From the NCBI GenBank assembly GCA_038231275.1, contig JBBRLQ010000041.1, forward strand, positions 1-60,159: 60,159 nt of DNA. The letters are read 5' to 3'. The stretch comes from Polyangiales bacterium (GTDB taxonomy: Bacteria; Myxococcota_A; Polyangia; Polyangiales; Polyangiaceae). Positions 8,790 to 18,252 of this stretch are shown piece after piece. The notes below the pieces were generated by a model, which was given only the letters and a program-made list of their open reading frames with translations, was not told the DNA's origin and made no database searches. The position numbers and the translations under genes are program-made. Within the stretch, counting starts at the first letter, position 1. Each line of letters begins with the position of its first letter.

Positions 8790-9956
8790 TTACCAGCCCA
8801 TCACGCGCATCAGCTCGGTCGCGAGGCTCGCCCCCATGACCGCGTCGCTCGCCACGTTGGGGTGCCCGTCGCAACCTTGGCCGTTCTGCCCCTTGAGCGC
8901 GAAGGCTTCGATCTTCGTGTCTCCGCCGGCCTTCACCGTCGAGACGACCGTAGCGATGTCCGCGGTCACCGCCGTCGTCGCGTCGATGCATACGATCCAC
9001 GCGGTGGGGTATTTGGTCCTGAGGTGCTTCACGAACGCGACGTACGCGTCGACGAAGGGCTGCCCCGGATCGCCGTGCGTCGACGAGTCGTTGGTGCCGA
9101 GGTTGATGACGACGACGTCGGGCACGAAGCGCGTGAAGTCCCACGCCGTCGGCGTCGTGGGCAGCGCGTCGTCGTAATAGAAGGGGAGCGGCTTCGGCGC
9201 CGGGCCCACGTCGTTGTAGTTTCGGTACATGCCGAGGCCGGACCAGGCGACGGTCGAGAGCTCGGCGTTGACGGCGCGCGCGGCGACGGATCCGTACGCG
9301 AAGTAGTTGTTCTCGGTGTCCGAGCTGAAGTTGCAGCCCGGCGCACCTTCGTTGCCGTAGCCGCACGTGATGGAGTCGCCGACGATCTCGATGCGGCGCG
9401 CGAGCGGCGGCGGCGGAGAGAGCAGCGCGCCACCGGGCGCGAAGGTGAGGCCGAAGAGCTCGCTCAGGCCGAGGGTCGACTCCGAGCGCCTCCACACCAT
9501 GACTTCGTGCGCCCCCGCGGAGAGCCCCGACGCGAGGGTGTACGTCTTGCGACCGGCGCTCGCGACGACCTTCGGATGCTCGGCTCCGTCGACGAACACC
9601 GCGAACTCGGTGGCTGCCGTATCCGAGAGATCCATCGCGACGCTCGCACCGGTGAAGCGGGCGTGGATGCTGACGCCGGGCCACTCGAAGCGCGTGCCCT
9701 TTCCGTCGGACGTGTCGACGCGGCCGACGAAGCGGATGCTCGGGGGAGGAGGAGGCGCGGCGTCGACGGTCGCATCGCCTCCGGTCCCGCCGTCGGGTGG
9801 TGGTCCGCCGCCATCGGGCGAGGAGGCTCCGTCGTCTGCGGCGCCGTCGGGTGTGGTGCCGGCGTCGGTCTCCGGAGCGGTGACGCTCGAGGCGTCGGCG
9901 CTGCACCCGGTCGCGCCGAGGAGCGCCGCGCAGACGAAGACAAGGGCCGCCTTCAC
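8790..9956 (-). CDS. SGNH/GDSL esterase, CE2-like, lipoprotein
   Basis: IRFVGRVD..FEWPG N-domain; GDSITCGYG, NLGTND, DGHP catalytic motifs; GTG start. Confidence 0.88.
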   Translation of the reverse strand: MKAALVFVCAALLGATGCSADASSVTAPETDAGTTPDGAADDGASSPDGGGPPPDGGTGGDATVDAAPPPPPSIRFVGRVDTSDGKGTRFEWPGVSIHARFTGASVAMDLSDTAATEFAVFVDGAEHPKVVASAGRKTYTLASGLSAGAHEVMVWRRSESTLGLSELFGLTFAPGGALLSPPPPLARRIEIVGDSITCGYGNEGAPGCNFSSDTENNYFAYGSVAARAVNAELSTVAWSGLGMYRNYNDVGPAPKPLPFYYDDALPTTPTAWDFTRFVPDVVVINLGTNDSSTHGDPGQPFVDAYVAFVKHLRTKYPTAWIVCIDATTAVTADIATVVSTVKAGGDTKIEAFALKGQNGQGCDGHPNVASDAVMGASLATELMRVMGW

Positions 9957-9965
9957 CCGTCTAGC

Positions 9966-10610
9966 TTACTTGATGCCGACGTACGCGCGAGCCTGCATGA
10001 CGCCGTTCTCGCGCAGCTCCACGATTCGCGGGGTGAGCTTGGCCGCGCGGAGCTTGCCGAGGAACGCGTCGGCTTTGTAGCCGCTCCACACCGCGTACGC
10101 GCCGCCGGGCGCGAGGGCATCACGCGCGGAGGCGAGCGCGGCGGGTCCGTAGAGGCGCGCGTTCGTGCGGAACGACGCCCACTCGGGGCCGTTGTCCACA
10201 TCGAGGAGGATGGCGCCGAGATCGCGCTCGGCAGCGATGGCGTCGACCACGTCCGCCTGAACGAGGCGCACGCGCGGATCGGAGAGGACGTCCCCGGCGA
10301 GGTGCGCGAGCTCGCCGCGCGTCAGATCGCAGATCGCCTGGAGCTTCTCGACGACGATGACCTCGACGCCTGGTCCTGCGACGTCGAGCACGCCGCGCAC
10401 CGTAGCGCCGAACCCGAGGCCGCCGACGAGGACGCGCCGCGCGCTTGGAGCGACGTGGCCCACCATCGTGCCGAAGGCGAGCTCGGTGCCGAGCGCGGCG
10501 CTAGAGAGGAGGACGACGTTGCCGAGCACGACGTCCCACGCATCCCCACGCTTGCGGAGGGCGAGGGTCTGCCCGGCTTCCTCGATCGTGCGGACAATCT
10601 CCGTGCGCAT
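9966..10610 (-). CDS. Spermidine-synthase-like SAM-dependent methyltransferase
   Basis: VLVGGLGFGATVR, ILLDVDNGP, LAPGGAYAVWS. Confidence 0.85.
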   Translation of the reverse strand: MRTEIVRTIEEAGQTLALRKRGDAWDVVLGNVVLLSSAALGTELAFGTMVGHVAPSARRVLVGGLGFGATVRGVLDVAGPGVEVIVVEKLQAICDLTRGELAHLAGDVLSDPRVRLVQADVVDAIAAERDLGAILLDVDNGPEWASFRTNARLYGPAALASARDALAPGGAYAVWSGYKADAFLGKLRAAKLTPRIVELRENGVMQARAYVGIK

Positions 10611-10710
10611 TGCAGCTCGGATGGTATCGCGTTCGACGCGGCCGTCGACGTGTGTGAGCTTCGGACTACGGGAGCAACGCGAGAGCGACGCAAGTGACGC
10701 CGTGCCGACG

Positions 10711-11820
10711 CTACGCCGCGTCCCGCATCGCGACCTCGACCGCCGCCGTGAGGCGCCGCCACGCGTGCGCGTCGGGAAAGCCGAGCGCGCGTGCAACCTG
10801 GGCGTCCTGCGTCGGCGGCGAATCGGCGCACGTCTCGAAGAAGGCCCGGCGCGCCGCCGCGATCGTCGCGCGCTCGTCGGAGCACAAGCGCGGCGCGAGC
10901 CAGGCTGCGAGGTCGGCCGATAGCTCGGCGTGCCCGCATTCGTCGTCGGCGATTTCCGCGAGCACGTCGCGCATGCGCGCGTCGGTGGCTCGCGTGGCCT
11001 GGACGTGCAGGAGCGCGCCGCCGATCGCCTCACGGCCGCACCCCTCCACCGCGTTCTCCAGCGCAAGGGCGAAGAGCGACCGCGCGTGGCGTGGCGCGCG
11101 CGTGGCGCGGACGCGCGGGACCTTCGCGCCGCGGCGCTTTGCCTCCGCCGTCATCAAGCGCGCGTGGCGGATTTCCTGTTTCGCCGCGCGTCGGAGGCGC
11201 CGCACGAGGCCCTCAGGCGCCCCGTGAGCCGCGACCTCGCGCGAGAGCTGCTCGAACGCACGCACAGCGCTTGCCTCGAGCGCCGCCGCGCGCGCGAAGA
11301 ACGCGCCGACCGGATCGGCGCCGTCGTCCACGTCGCCGACCGTGAGGCCCGCGGGAAAACGTCCGACCGCGCATTGGCAGGTGATCTGGTAGGTCCCGGA
11401 CGGATTCTGCGCGACGTAGCAGCTGCCAAATCCCCCGCCCTGCCCGCCCGAGCAAAACGACGCGCACGCGGGCGTGTTGTTCTGGCCAACCGCCCACCCG
11501 TCGGGCAGGCACGGCGACGTCGCCGACCCGCACACAGGAGGCGGGGGGGCCGGCAGAATGCACGCGCCGGCGTCGGCCTGGGCACCGTCGGGCTTTGACG
11601 CGTCGAATGGGAGGCTGCCGTCCGAGGGAACCGCACCATCGACGGGCGCAACGGCGTCCGCGGACTTCGCGCCGTCGGCGGTCACGCCGGCGTCACTGTC
11701 CCCGAAGAGCGAGCCGTCGACGGCCCCGCCGCACGCCACGAGGGTCGAGGCCGCCGCGGTACCGGCGAGCGCGTGAACGGCGGCGAGGCGAAGGCGGGCG
11801 GCGATGGAAGCGGTTCGCAT
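10711..11820 (-). CDS. Ferritin-like (di-iron) domain protein with N-terminal lipoprotein-like signal and Cys-rich region
   Basis: LVAC, six-Cys segment ending CQCAVGRFPAGL; ALEASAV / QEIRHA / ENAVEGCGRE / DECGHA ligand pattern. Confidence 0.8.
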   Translation of the reverse strand: MRTASIAARLRLAAVHALAGTAAASTLVACGGAVDGSLFGDSDAGVTADGAKSADAVAPVDGAVPSDGSLPFDASKPDGAQADAGACILPAPPPPVCGSATSPCLPDGWAVGQNNTPACASFCSGGQGGGFGSCYVAQNPSGTYQITCQCAVGRFPAGLTVGDVDDGADPVGAFFARAAALEASAVRAFEQLSREVAAHGAPEGLVRRLRRAAKQEIRHARLMTAEAKRRGAKVPRVRATRAPRHARSLFALALENAVEGCGREAIGGALLHVQATRATDARMRDVLAEIADDECGHAELSADLAAWLAPRLCSDERATIAAARRAFFETCADSPPTQDAQVARALGFPDAHAWRRLTAAVEVAMRDAA

Positions 11821-11832
11821 GCGACCGCCGGC

Positions 11833-11848
11833 TGCAGTGCCCGTGCCA
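11833..11848 (-). promoter_or_regulatory. sigma54 -24/-12 promoter for the ferritin-like gene
   Basis: Minus strand TGGCACG-GGCA-CTGCA; AT-rich IHF-like tract (TATTTTTCAAGGATGTG) just upstream. Confidence 0.7.
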
Positions 11849-12068
11849 CGCACATCCTTGAAAAATACTGCGGGTTTGGCCGTGGTTGTGGTGTGCCACG
11901 TTGACGCGAGCGCGACGCGCGCGCCGTTTCCCGTCTTGGCGCGTCGGCGACCCCAAAGGAGAGTTCGCCCCCTCCTCTCATTCGATCGGTGAACCGCGGA
12001 TCGGTCTTCCGCGCCGCACACCACTTTCGTTGCGAGTGGTTCGCTCGATCGACGGTCAACCGACGACG

Positions 12069-12608
12069 TCAGCGGCTCTTGGGGAGCTGGTGAACCATGA
12101 AGCTGACGCTCGGATACCCCGCGAGCGCCGCCGTCTGGAACACGCTCTTCACGACGACCGCCGGCGTGTCCTGATCCACCTGGAGCACGACGGCCCCGGG
12201 GAAGGCGTCGCCGGGGTGGAGCTGCTTCCAGAGCGCGCGCTTCGCGCTCAGGACGGCGAACATCTCGTCGATGCGTTGAAGCCTCCTGCTGTCTTCGATC
12301 GCGCGGGTGCTCCCGGCCGACGTGCCGTCGACGAGGATCTGCGAGCCCGTCACGGAGACGATCGGAGCGTCGAGGAGCTCCGTCCCGTACTCGGCGGTCG
12401 GCAGCGCCATATGCCTGTCCGCCGGGCAGCGCGCCGAGGCGTCGAACGTCGTCAGGAGGAAGACGACGGTCACGACGAGAAAATCGATCATGCTCGTAAG
12501 CGACAACGAGGCGTTCGTGGGCCGCAAGCCACCTCCAAAGGCGCTCTTGCGTAAGAATACGAGGGGCAGCGCGCGCATCAAGCGGCGGCCGGGCCGGACA
12601 ATCGCCAT
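12069..12608 (-). CDS. ExbD/TolR family protein, AglS-like
   Basis: GGAGG, ATG 12608; TM LSLTSMIDFLVVTVVFLL with conserved Asp; C-terminal LQVDQDTP..VKSVFQTAALAGY. Confidence 0.85.
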   Translation of the reverse strand: MAIVRPGRRLMRALPLVFLRKSAFGGGLRPTNASLSLTSMIDFLVVTVVFLLTTFDASARCPADRHMALPTAEYGTELLDAPIVSVTGSQILVDGTSAGSTRAIEDSRRLQRIDEMFAVLSAKRALWKQLHPGDAFPGAVVLQVDQDTPAVVVKSVFQTAALAGYPSVSFMVHQLPKSR

Positions 12609-12724
12609 GGTGTCTCCTCCGTGACGATGAGTTGGACCGCGCGGACGTCCGACCCTTGGGCCCCGTAGCTCCGAAACGGCGACGACTTCGCATACGAGTG
12701 GCCGAGTCGGCGTAAGCTGTCGCC

Positions 12725-13294
12725 ATGGCGTTCGCCCGCATCTGCTTCCTCCTCCCTCTTCTGATCCTGGTGGCCTGCGGCGGAAGCACCACGGCACCGA
12801 TTGGTGACGCGCGTGACGCCGGAGGCTCCGACGGCGCGGCCTCCGACGCCACGACCACCACCGACGGCGCCGGTCCGACCGATTCCGGCGGCGGCGATCC
12901 GGACGCGGCAAGCGGCTGCGTGCATCTCCCTGCAGCGGGGTCGCCCTGCGTCCCAGGCCAGGTGTCGTGCGACCGCGTCGATCTCTGCTGCGCGTCCGCG
13001 GCGCAATGCGACCCGGCGACCAAGACGTGGAAGCTCTCGGGTAACTCGTGCCTGTTGTGCTCGACGCACGGCTGCGGCGACAAGACGTGCTCCGGCGTCC
13101 AGATGTGTGTCGCCCATACCCCCGGGGTGCCGGGCGGTCAGGTCACCTACGAATGCGCGCCCTACCCCACGGCATGCGTGCGCGAGTGGACGTGCGCCTG
13201 CGTCGGAATGAATTTGCCCGCGGGCTGCACGATGGCGGTCAACGGCTGCAACGACGCCGAGCTGCCCGTGAAGCTCTCGTGCATGGGGATCTAG
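12725..13294 (+). CDS. Cys-rich lipoprotein
   Basis: Lipobox LVAC, D/A/G linker, many Cys in the C-terminal 120 aa. Confidence 0.8.
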   Translation: MAFARICFLLPLLILVACGGSTTAPIGDARDAGGSDGAASDATTTTDGAGPTDSGGGDPDAASGCVHLPAAGSPCVPGQVSCDRVDLCCASAAQCDPATKTWKLSGNSCLLCSTHGCGDKTCSGVQMCVAHTPGVPGGQVTYECAPYPTACVREWTCACVGMNLPAGCTMAVNGCNDAELPVKLSCMGI

Positions 13295-13301
13295 CGAGAC
13301 G

Positions 13302-13931
13302 CTAGGGGCGCGGGCGCGCGAGCTTCTCGAGGAGGCCGCGCCGCGCGTCGGGCCACTCCGAGGCGAGCATCGAGTAGTACGCGCTGTCGCGCACGCCGCC
13401 GTCCGACGCGGGCTTGTGCGCGCGGAGGATGCCGTCGAACTGCGCGCCGATACGCAAGATGGCGGCCCGCGAGCGAGCGTTGCGCGCGTCCGTCTTCCAC
13501 GTCACGCGCCGCACGCGCCACACCTCGAACGCGTGCGTGCAGAGGAGCAGCTTCGCCTCGGTGTTGACCGCCGTCCGCTGCACGCGCTCGGCGTACCAGG
13601 TGTAACCGATCTCGACGGCGTCCGGCCCGACCGGCACCGGCGGCGGAGGCGCGCCAGGCCACTTCCATCGCTCGATCGCGATGAACCGCGTGCTCCCCAC
13701 GACGGTCCCCTTACGATCGCAAACGACGAACGGGATCGCCTCCCCGCGCGCGCGTTCGTCGATCGCTTCTCCAAGGAAGCGCTGCATGCTCGGGAGATCG
13801 GGCGGGAGAGCTTGAAGCGCGAACGTGGCCCGTGCCTCGTCGGCGGCCGCGAGGAGGAGGGGGGCGTGGTCCATCTCGAGAGGCTCGAGGCGCACGTGCG
13901 TGCCGATCAGGGTGAGCGGCTCCATCGTCAT
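13302..13931 (-). CDS. GNAT N-acetyltransferase, RimJ/RimL family
   Basis: VRLEPL, EIGYTWY..QRTAVNTEAKLLL, DARNARSRAAILRIGA, RDSAYYSML. Confidence 0.9.
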   Translation of the reverse strand: MTMEPLTLIGTHVRLEPLEMDHAPLLLAAADEARATFALQALPPDLPSMQRFLGEAIDERARGEAIPFVVCDRKGTVVGSTRFIAIERWKWPGAPPPPVPVGPDAVEIGYTWYAERVQRTAVNTEAKLLLCTHAFEVWRVRRVTWKTDARNARSRAAILRIGAQFDGILRAHKPASDGGVRDSAYYSMLASEWPDARRGLLEKLARPRP

Positions 13932-14084
13932 CGGTCCAGAATGCGAGAAACGCCGCCGATCCGAAAGCACCCGCTCGCGATTTTCGCGCTCCCTTTGCGC
14001 CGCGGTGCAGAAGCTGCGTCGCGGACTCCGTCGGCTTTCGTGCGGCAGGTCACGTCACGCCCCGTGACGGGCCCGTTCCGGGAG

Positions 14085-14100
14085 GGGCACGGTGATTGCT
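14085..14100 (+). promoter_or_regulatory. sigma54 -24/-12 promoter of the nor operon
   Basis: GGGCACG-GTGA-TTGCT (GG 14086-87, GC 14098-99); palindrome CGTCACG-N3-CGTGACG at 14053-14069. Confidence 0.75.
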
Positions 14101-14111
14101 TTTCGCGAGCC

Positions 14112-16412
14112 ATGCGAAAGTACTGGGTCGCGTTCGCTGCGGTCGTGGTCGCATCCTTCCTCGTCCTGGGAAGTACAGGCGTTCGCATCTACCAGGCAGC
14201 CCCTCCGATCCCCGACCGCGTCGTCACCACCGACGGGCGCGAGATCGTGGCCTTCGGCGCGATCGGCGTCGGGCAGAACGTCTGGCAGGCGCTCGGCGGG
14301 ATGGAGATGGGATCCATCTGGGGACACGGCAGCTACGTCGCCCCGGACTGGACGGCGGACTGGCTGCATCGCGAAGCGCTCTTCGTCCTCGACGCCTGGT
14401 CGGTGGCTGAGCACGGCCGCACGTGGGAAGCGCTCGACGAAGAGCGCCGCGCGGCTCTCGTGCAGCGGCTCGGCGATCGCATGAAGGTCAGCGGATACGA
14501 TCCGATCTCGCGCACGCTCACGATCGATCCGGTACGCGCGGCCGCCTTCGAAGCGAACGCAAGGCACTACGCCAGCGTCTTCGCCGAAGGCCGCAACGCG
14601 TACGCCATCCCGGCGAACACGCTCGACGACCCCGAGAAGGCGCGCGCCCTCTCCGCGTTTTTCTTCTGGAGCGCCTGGGCCGCGGTCGCGCGCCGCCCCG
14701 GGGAGGCCGTCTCGTATACGAACAACTGGCCGCACGAGCCGCTCGTCGGCAACCGCCCGACGGGCGACACCGTCGTGTGGACGGGCGTGAGCATTCTCAT
14801 GCTCCTCGCCGGCATCGGCGCGATGGCTACCTGGCACGCAACGAAGAAGCGCGAGGAGGGCGACGAGAGCGAGACCACGGAGCCGCCTGCCACGGACCCC
14901 CTCCTCTCCGCCGTCACGACGCCATCGCAGCGCGCCGTGATGAAGTACTTCTGGCTCACCGCCGCGCTCTTCCTTGTGCAGATCCTCATGGGGGTCGTCG
15001 TGGCGCATTACGGCGTCGAGGGCTCCTCGTTTTACGGGATCCCGCTCGCGAAGGTCCTTCCCTATACCGTCGCGCGCACGTGGCACCTGCAGATCGGCAT
15101 CTTCTGGATCGCGACGGCGTGGCTCGCGACGGGTCTCTACGTCGGGCCCGCCGTCGGCGAAGAGCCGCGCTTCCAGCGCCTCGGCGTCAACCTCCTGTTC
15201 GGCGCGCTCATCGTGGTCGCGGTCGGATCGCTCGGCGGCGAGTGGCTCAGCGTCAAGGGCCACCTCGGCGAGGCCTGGTTCTGGTTCGGCCACAGCGGCT
15301 ACGAGTACATCGACCTCGGGCGTTTCTGGCAGATCGGCCTCGCCACGGGCCTCGTCCTGTGGTTCGTGCTCGTCCTCCGCGCCATCCTCCCTGCGCTGCG
15401 TCGACGTGACGCGCAGCGGCCGCTCCTCGCGATGTTCCTCATGTCGTCGGGCGCGATCGCCGGTTTTTACTTCGCCGCCTTCGGCTACGGCAAGCACACC
15501 AACCTCGCGATCGCCGAGTACTGGCGCTGGTGGGTCGTTCATCTTTGGGTCGAGGGCTTCTTCGAGGTCTTCGCGAGCGTCGTCATCGCGTTTCTCTTCG
15601 CGCGGCTCGGCCTCGTCGGGATGAAGTCCGCGGGTCGCGCGGCGGTCTTCTCGGCCACGATCTTCCTCTCGGGCGGCATCATCGGCACGCTCCATCACCT
15701 CTACTTCAGCGGCACGCCCACCTTCGTCATCGCGCTGGGCTCGGCATTCAGCGCGCTCGAGGTCGTTCCGCTCGTCTTCGTCGGCTTCGAGGCATGGCAA
15801 AACTACCAGGTCTCCAAGAGCCGCCCGTGGATCCGCGCGTACCGCTGGCCGATCTACTTCTTCGTGGCGGTGGCGTTCTGGAACCTCGTCGGCGCAGGCC
15901 TGTTCGGGTTCATGATCAACCCGCCGATCGCGCTCTATTACATGCAGGGGCTCAACACGACGCCGGTGCACGCGCACGCCGCCCTCTTCGGCGTGTACGG
16001 AATGCTCGGGATCGGACTCGTTCTGTTCTGCATGCGCGCGCTGCGCCCGACCGCACGGTGGAACAGCCGGATGCTCGCGGTGGGGTTCTGGGCCATCAAC
16101 CTCGGGCTCCTCGCGATGGTGCTCTTGAGCCTCCTTCCCATCGGGCTCGTACAGACCTGGGCCTCCGTCGAGCACGGCTACGCGTACGCGCGCAGCCCGG
16201 AGCTCATGCAGCAGCCGTACATGATGATCCTCCGATGGATGCGCATGCCCGGCGACACGCTCTTCGCCATCGGCGCGATGGTGATCATCGCTTTCATCGC
16301 GGGGATTGGCCGAAGGTCCCCTGCTCCTGCCGCGCGCGCCCGGCCGTCTGGGACGGCAGAGGCGGGAGCGCTCCCGGTCGTCGAGCCGGCGGCCTCCGTC
16401 GGCGCGGAATGA
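14112..16412 (+). CDS. norB: Quinol-dependent nitric oxide reductase (qNOR)
   Basis: GSIWGHGSYVAPDWTADWLHRE, YTNNWPHEPL, RWWVVHLWVEGFFE, GTLHHLYF, VHAHAALFGVYG; 766 aa. Confidence 0.96.
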   Translation: MRKYWVAFAAVVVASFLVLGSTGVRIYQAAPPIPDRVVTTDGREIVAFGAIGVGQNVWQALGGMEMGSIWGHGSYVAPDWTADWLHREALFVLDAWSVAEHGRTWEALDEERRAALVQRLGDRMKVSGYDPISRTLTIDPVRAAAFEANARHYASVFAEGRNAYAIPANTLDDPEKARALSAFFFWSAWAAVARRPGEAVSYTNNWPHEPLVGNRPTGDTVVWTGVSILMLLAGIGAMATWHATKKREEGDESETTEPPATDPLLSAVTTPSQRAVMKYFWLTAALFLVQILMGVVVAHYGVEGSSFYGIPLAKVLPYTVARTWHLQIGIFWIATAWLATGLYVGPAVGEEPRFQRLGVNLLFGALIVVAVGSLGGEWLSVKGHLGEAWFWFGHSGYEYIDLGRFWQIGLATGLVLWFVLVLRAILPALRRRDAQRPLLAMFLMSSGAIAGFYFAAFGYGKHTNLAIAEYWRWWVVHLWVEGFFEVFASVVIAFLFARLGLVGMKSAGRAAVFSATIFLSGGIIGTLHHLYFSGTPTFVIALGSAFSALEVVPLVFVGFEAWQNYQVSKSRPWIRAYRWPIYFFVAVAFWNLVGAGLFGFMINPPIALYYMQGLNTTPVHAHAALFGVYGMLGIGLVLFCMRALRPTARWNSRMLAVGFWAINLGLLAMVLLSLLPIGLVQTWASVEHGYAYARSPELMQQPYMMILRWMRMPGDTLFAIGAMVIIAFIAGIGRRSPAPAARARPSGTAEAGALPVVEPAASVGAE

Positions 16413-17566
16413 AAGGATCCCTCGCGGCGAAGGGGTTCAGACCCTTCTTCCTCGTCGCGGGGGCGTTCGCGGCTGCCATCGTGCCGATCTGGCTCCTCGC
16501 GCTGGCGGGAGTCGTCCGCGTGGACGCCTACTTCGAGGCGACGAGGTGGCATGCGCACGAGATGGTGTTCGGGTTCGGATGCGCCGTCATCGCCGGATTT
16601 CTCCTGACGGCCGCGGCCAACTGGACCGGCCGCGAGACGCTCACCGGCGCGCCGCTGCTCGGCCTCGCGGCGTTGTGGTGCGGCGCGCGAATCGCGCTCG
16701 TCACGCCGGGGTTCCCGCGTTGGGCCGCCGCCGTGGTCGATCTCGCGTTCCTCCCCGCGGTGGCGCTCGCCATCGGACGACCCCTCGTCGAAAAAAAGCA
16801 GCGGCGGAACTACGTGATGCTCGCCGTCCTTCTGGCGCTATGGGGAGCCAACGCCGCGACGCACCTCGATGTCCTCGGGGCGGGCCCGGACGGATCGCGA
16901 CGCGGCGTGGTCCTGGGAGTGGATCTCGTCGTCCTGCTCATCGTCGTGGTGGCAGGGCGGATTTTTCCGATGTTCACGCGCAACGCGACCGGCGTGGCCT
17001 CCATACGGTCTCACCCGCGCCTGGACGCGGCGGCGGTCGGCGCCATGTCCCTCGTCACGATCGCGGACGCGCTCGCGGCGGGTGGTGCGCTCACGGCCCT
17101 CGCCTGCGCCGCGGCCGCCCTCTTCGCTGCCGCGCGGGCGGTGCATTGGGGGACGCGGCACGTATGGCGCGATCCACTCGTGTGGATCCTCCACGTCGGC
17201 TACGCGTGGGTTCCGATCGGCCTCGCGCTTCGCGTCGCGTCATACTGGACCCCTTCCCTGCCTGCGTCGCTCGCCACCCACGCCCTCACCGTGGGGGCGA
17301 TCGGCGGCGTGACCCTAGGAATGATGGCGCGCGTATCGCTCGGCCACACCGGGCGACTGCTGGTGGCAGGCCGGCCGGTGTTCGCGGCGTTCGTCCTGGT
17401 GACGGCCGCGGCGGTCGCGCGGGTGCTCGTTCCGCTTCTCGACATGGGGAGCTACCCGACGGCGCTCCTCGTGTCGGGAGGCCTCTGGGCAGCTTCCTTT
17501 GCGCTCTTCACGGTGGCCTACGCAGGAGTCCTGGTGCGCCCGAGGATCGACGATCGCCCTGGCTGA
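16409..17566 (+). CDS. nnrS: NnrS family protein
   Basis: GFRPFFL, WHAHEMVFGF..GFLLTAAANWTG, MMARVSLGHTGR; ATGA overlap with norB. Confidence 0.93.
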   Translation: MKGSLAAKGFRPFFLVAGAFAAAIVPIWLLALAGVVRVDAYFEATRWHAHEMVFGFGCAVIAGFLLTAAANWTGRETLTGAPLLGLAALWCGARIALVTPGFPRWAAAVVDLAFLPAVALAIGRPLVEKKQRRNYVMLAVLLALWGANAATHLDVLGAGPDGSRRGVVLGVDLVVLLIVVVAGRIFPMFTRNATGVASIRSHPRLDAAAVGAMSLVTIADALAAGGALTALACAAAALFAAARAVHWGTRHVWRDPLVWILHVGYAWVPIGLALRVASYWTPSLPASLATHALTVGAIGGVTLGMMARVSLGHTGRLLVAGRPVFAAFVLVTAAAVARVLVPLLDMGSYPTALLVSGGLWAASFALFTVAYAGVLVRPRIDDRPG

Positions 17567-17626
17567 CGTGGTGGGCCGCAAGGAGCATGCTCCGTCTCGA
17601 GGGGCTCGAGACGCGACGCCCGCTCG

Positions 17627-18127
17627 TCACCATCCCATCGTCCCCGGCTCTCCCTTGAAGGGCCCGACGACCTTCGAGGTCACCCATCCACCGTAAAATC
17701 TACCAGGCTGCGCCCGCGCCCGCTCGCCGCCCACACTGCCGACGAGCGGGTCGAGGTAGAACGCGAGGTGCCCCGCGAGCGCGGCGAACGCGGGTGCAGG
17801 AGCCGGATACGACCACGCGACCTTCGGGACGACGAGCGCGCCGTGCCGGAGCGTGAAGTACGACGCGCTCCCCTTCCATTCGCAAAAGGAGCGGTCGGCG
17901 GTCTCCTCGAAATGGTCCATGCGCACGTCGGCGCGCGGGAGGTAATACACCGGCGGATGGCTCGTCTCGAGGACGCGAAGGGCCCGCGTCGTATCGGCGA
18001 GGACGACCCCGGCGAGCTCGACGCGGATGCGCTCGGGTACCGGCTCGAGCCGCGGGGGCCGCGGGTAGTCCCAGACCGACTCCTGGCCGGGCCCGGGGGG
18101 AATGCGTCCGCCTTTTTCGATTCCCAT
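17627..18127 (-). CDS. DUF427 domain protein
   Basis: QESVWDYPRPPRLE, RVLETSHPPVYYLP, SFCEWKGSASY, FYGGWVT..GPFKG. Confidence 0.9.
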   Translation of the reverse strand: MGIEKGGRIPPGPGQESVWDYPRPPRLEPVPERIRVELAGVVLADTTRALRVLETSHPPVYYLPRADVRMDHFEETADRSFCEWKGSASYFTLRHGALVVPKVAWSYPAPAPAFAALAGHLAFYLDPLVGSVGGERARAQPGRFYGGWVTSKVVGPFKGEPGTMGW

Positions 18128-18252
18128 CGGCGAAGGTCTACCAAAGGAACCGTCCCAGGACACCTCAACGCTGGCCCGGACGGTCGCCGCGATCGCGAAA
18201 TGGGGCTTTTTGGCTGCGTTGGTGATGGCACAGCGCGTGGAAAGGTCCCGGC

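Noticed and set aside
11883..11898. Second sigma54 promoter (TGGCACA on minus strand)
   Set aside because: No GC at the -12 position
14049..14069. Canonical NorR binding site
   Set aside because: Spacing does not match GT-N7-AC and it is too near -24 for a typical enhancer
13416..14111. N-terminal extension making qNOR 998 aa (likewise long extensions of ORFs at 537, 30535, 42705, 45102, 45913)
   Set aside because: Extensions overlap other real genes or promoters; family motifs and signal peptides start at the downstream ATGs
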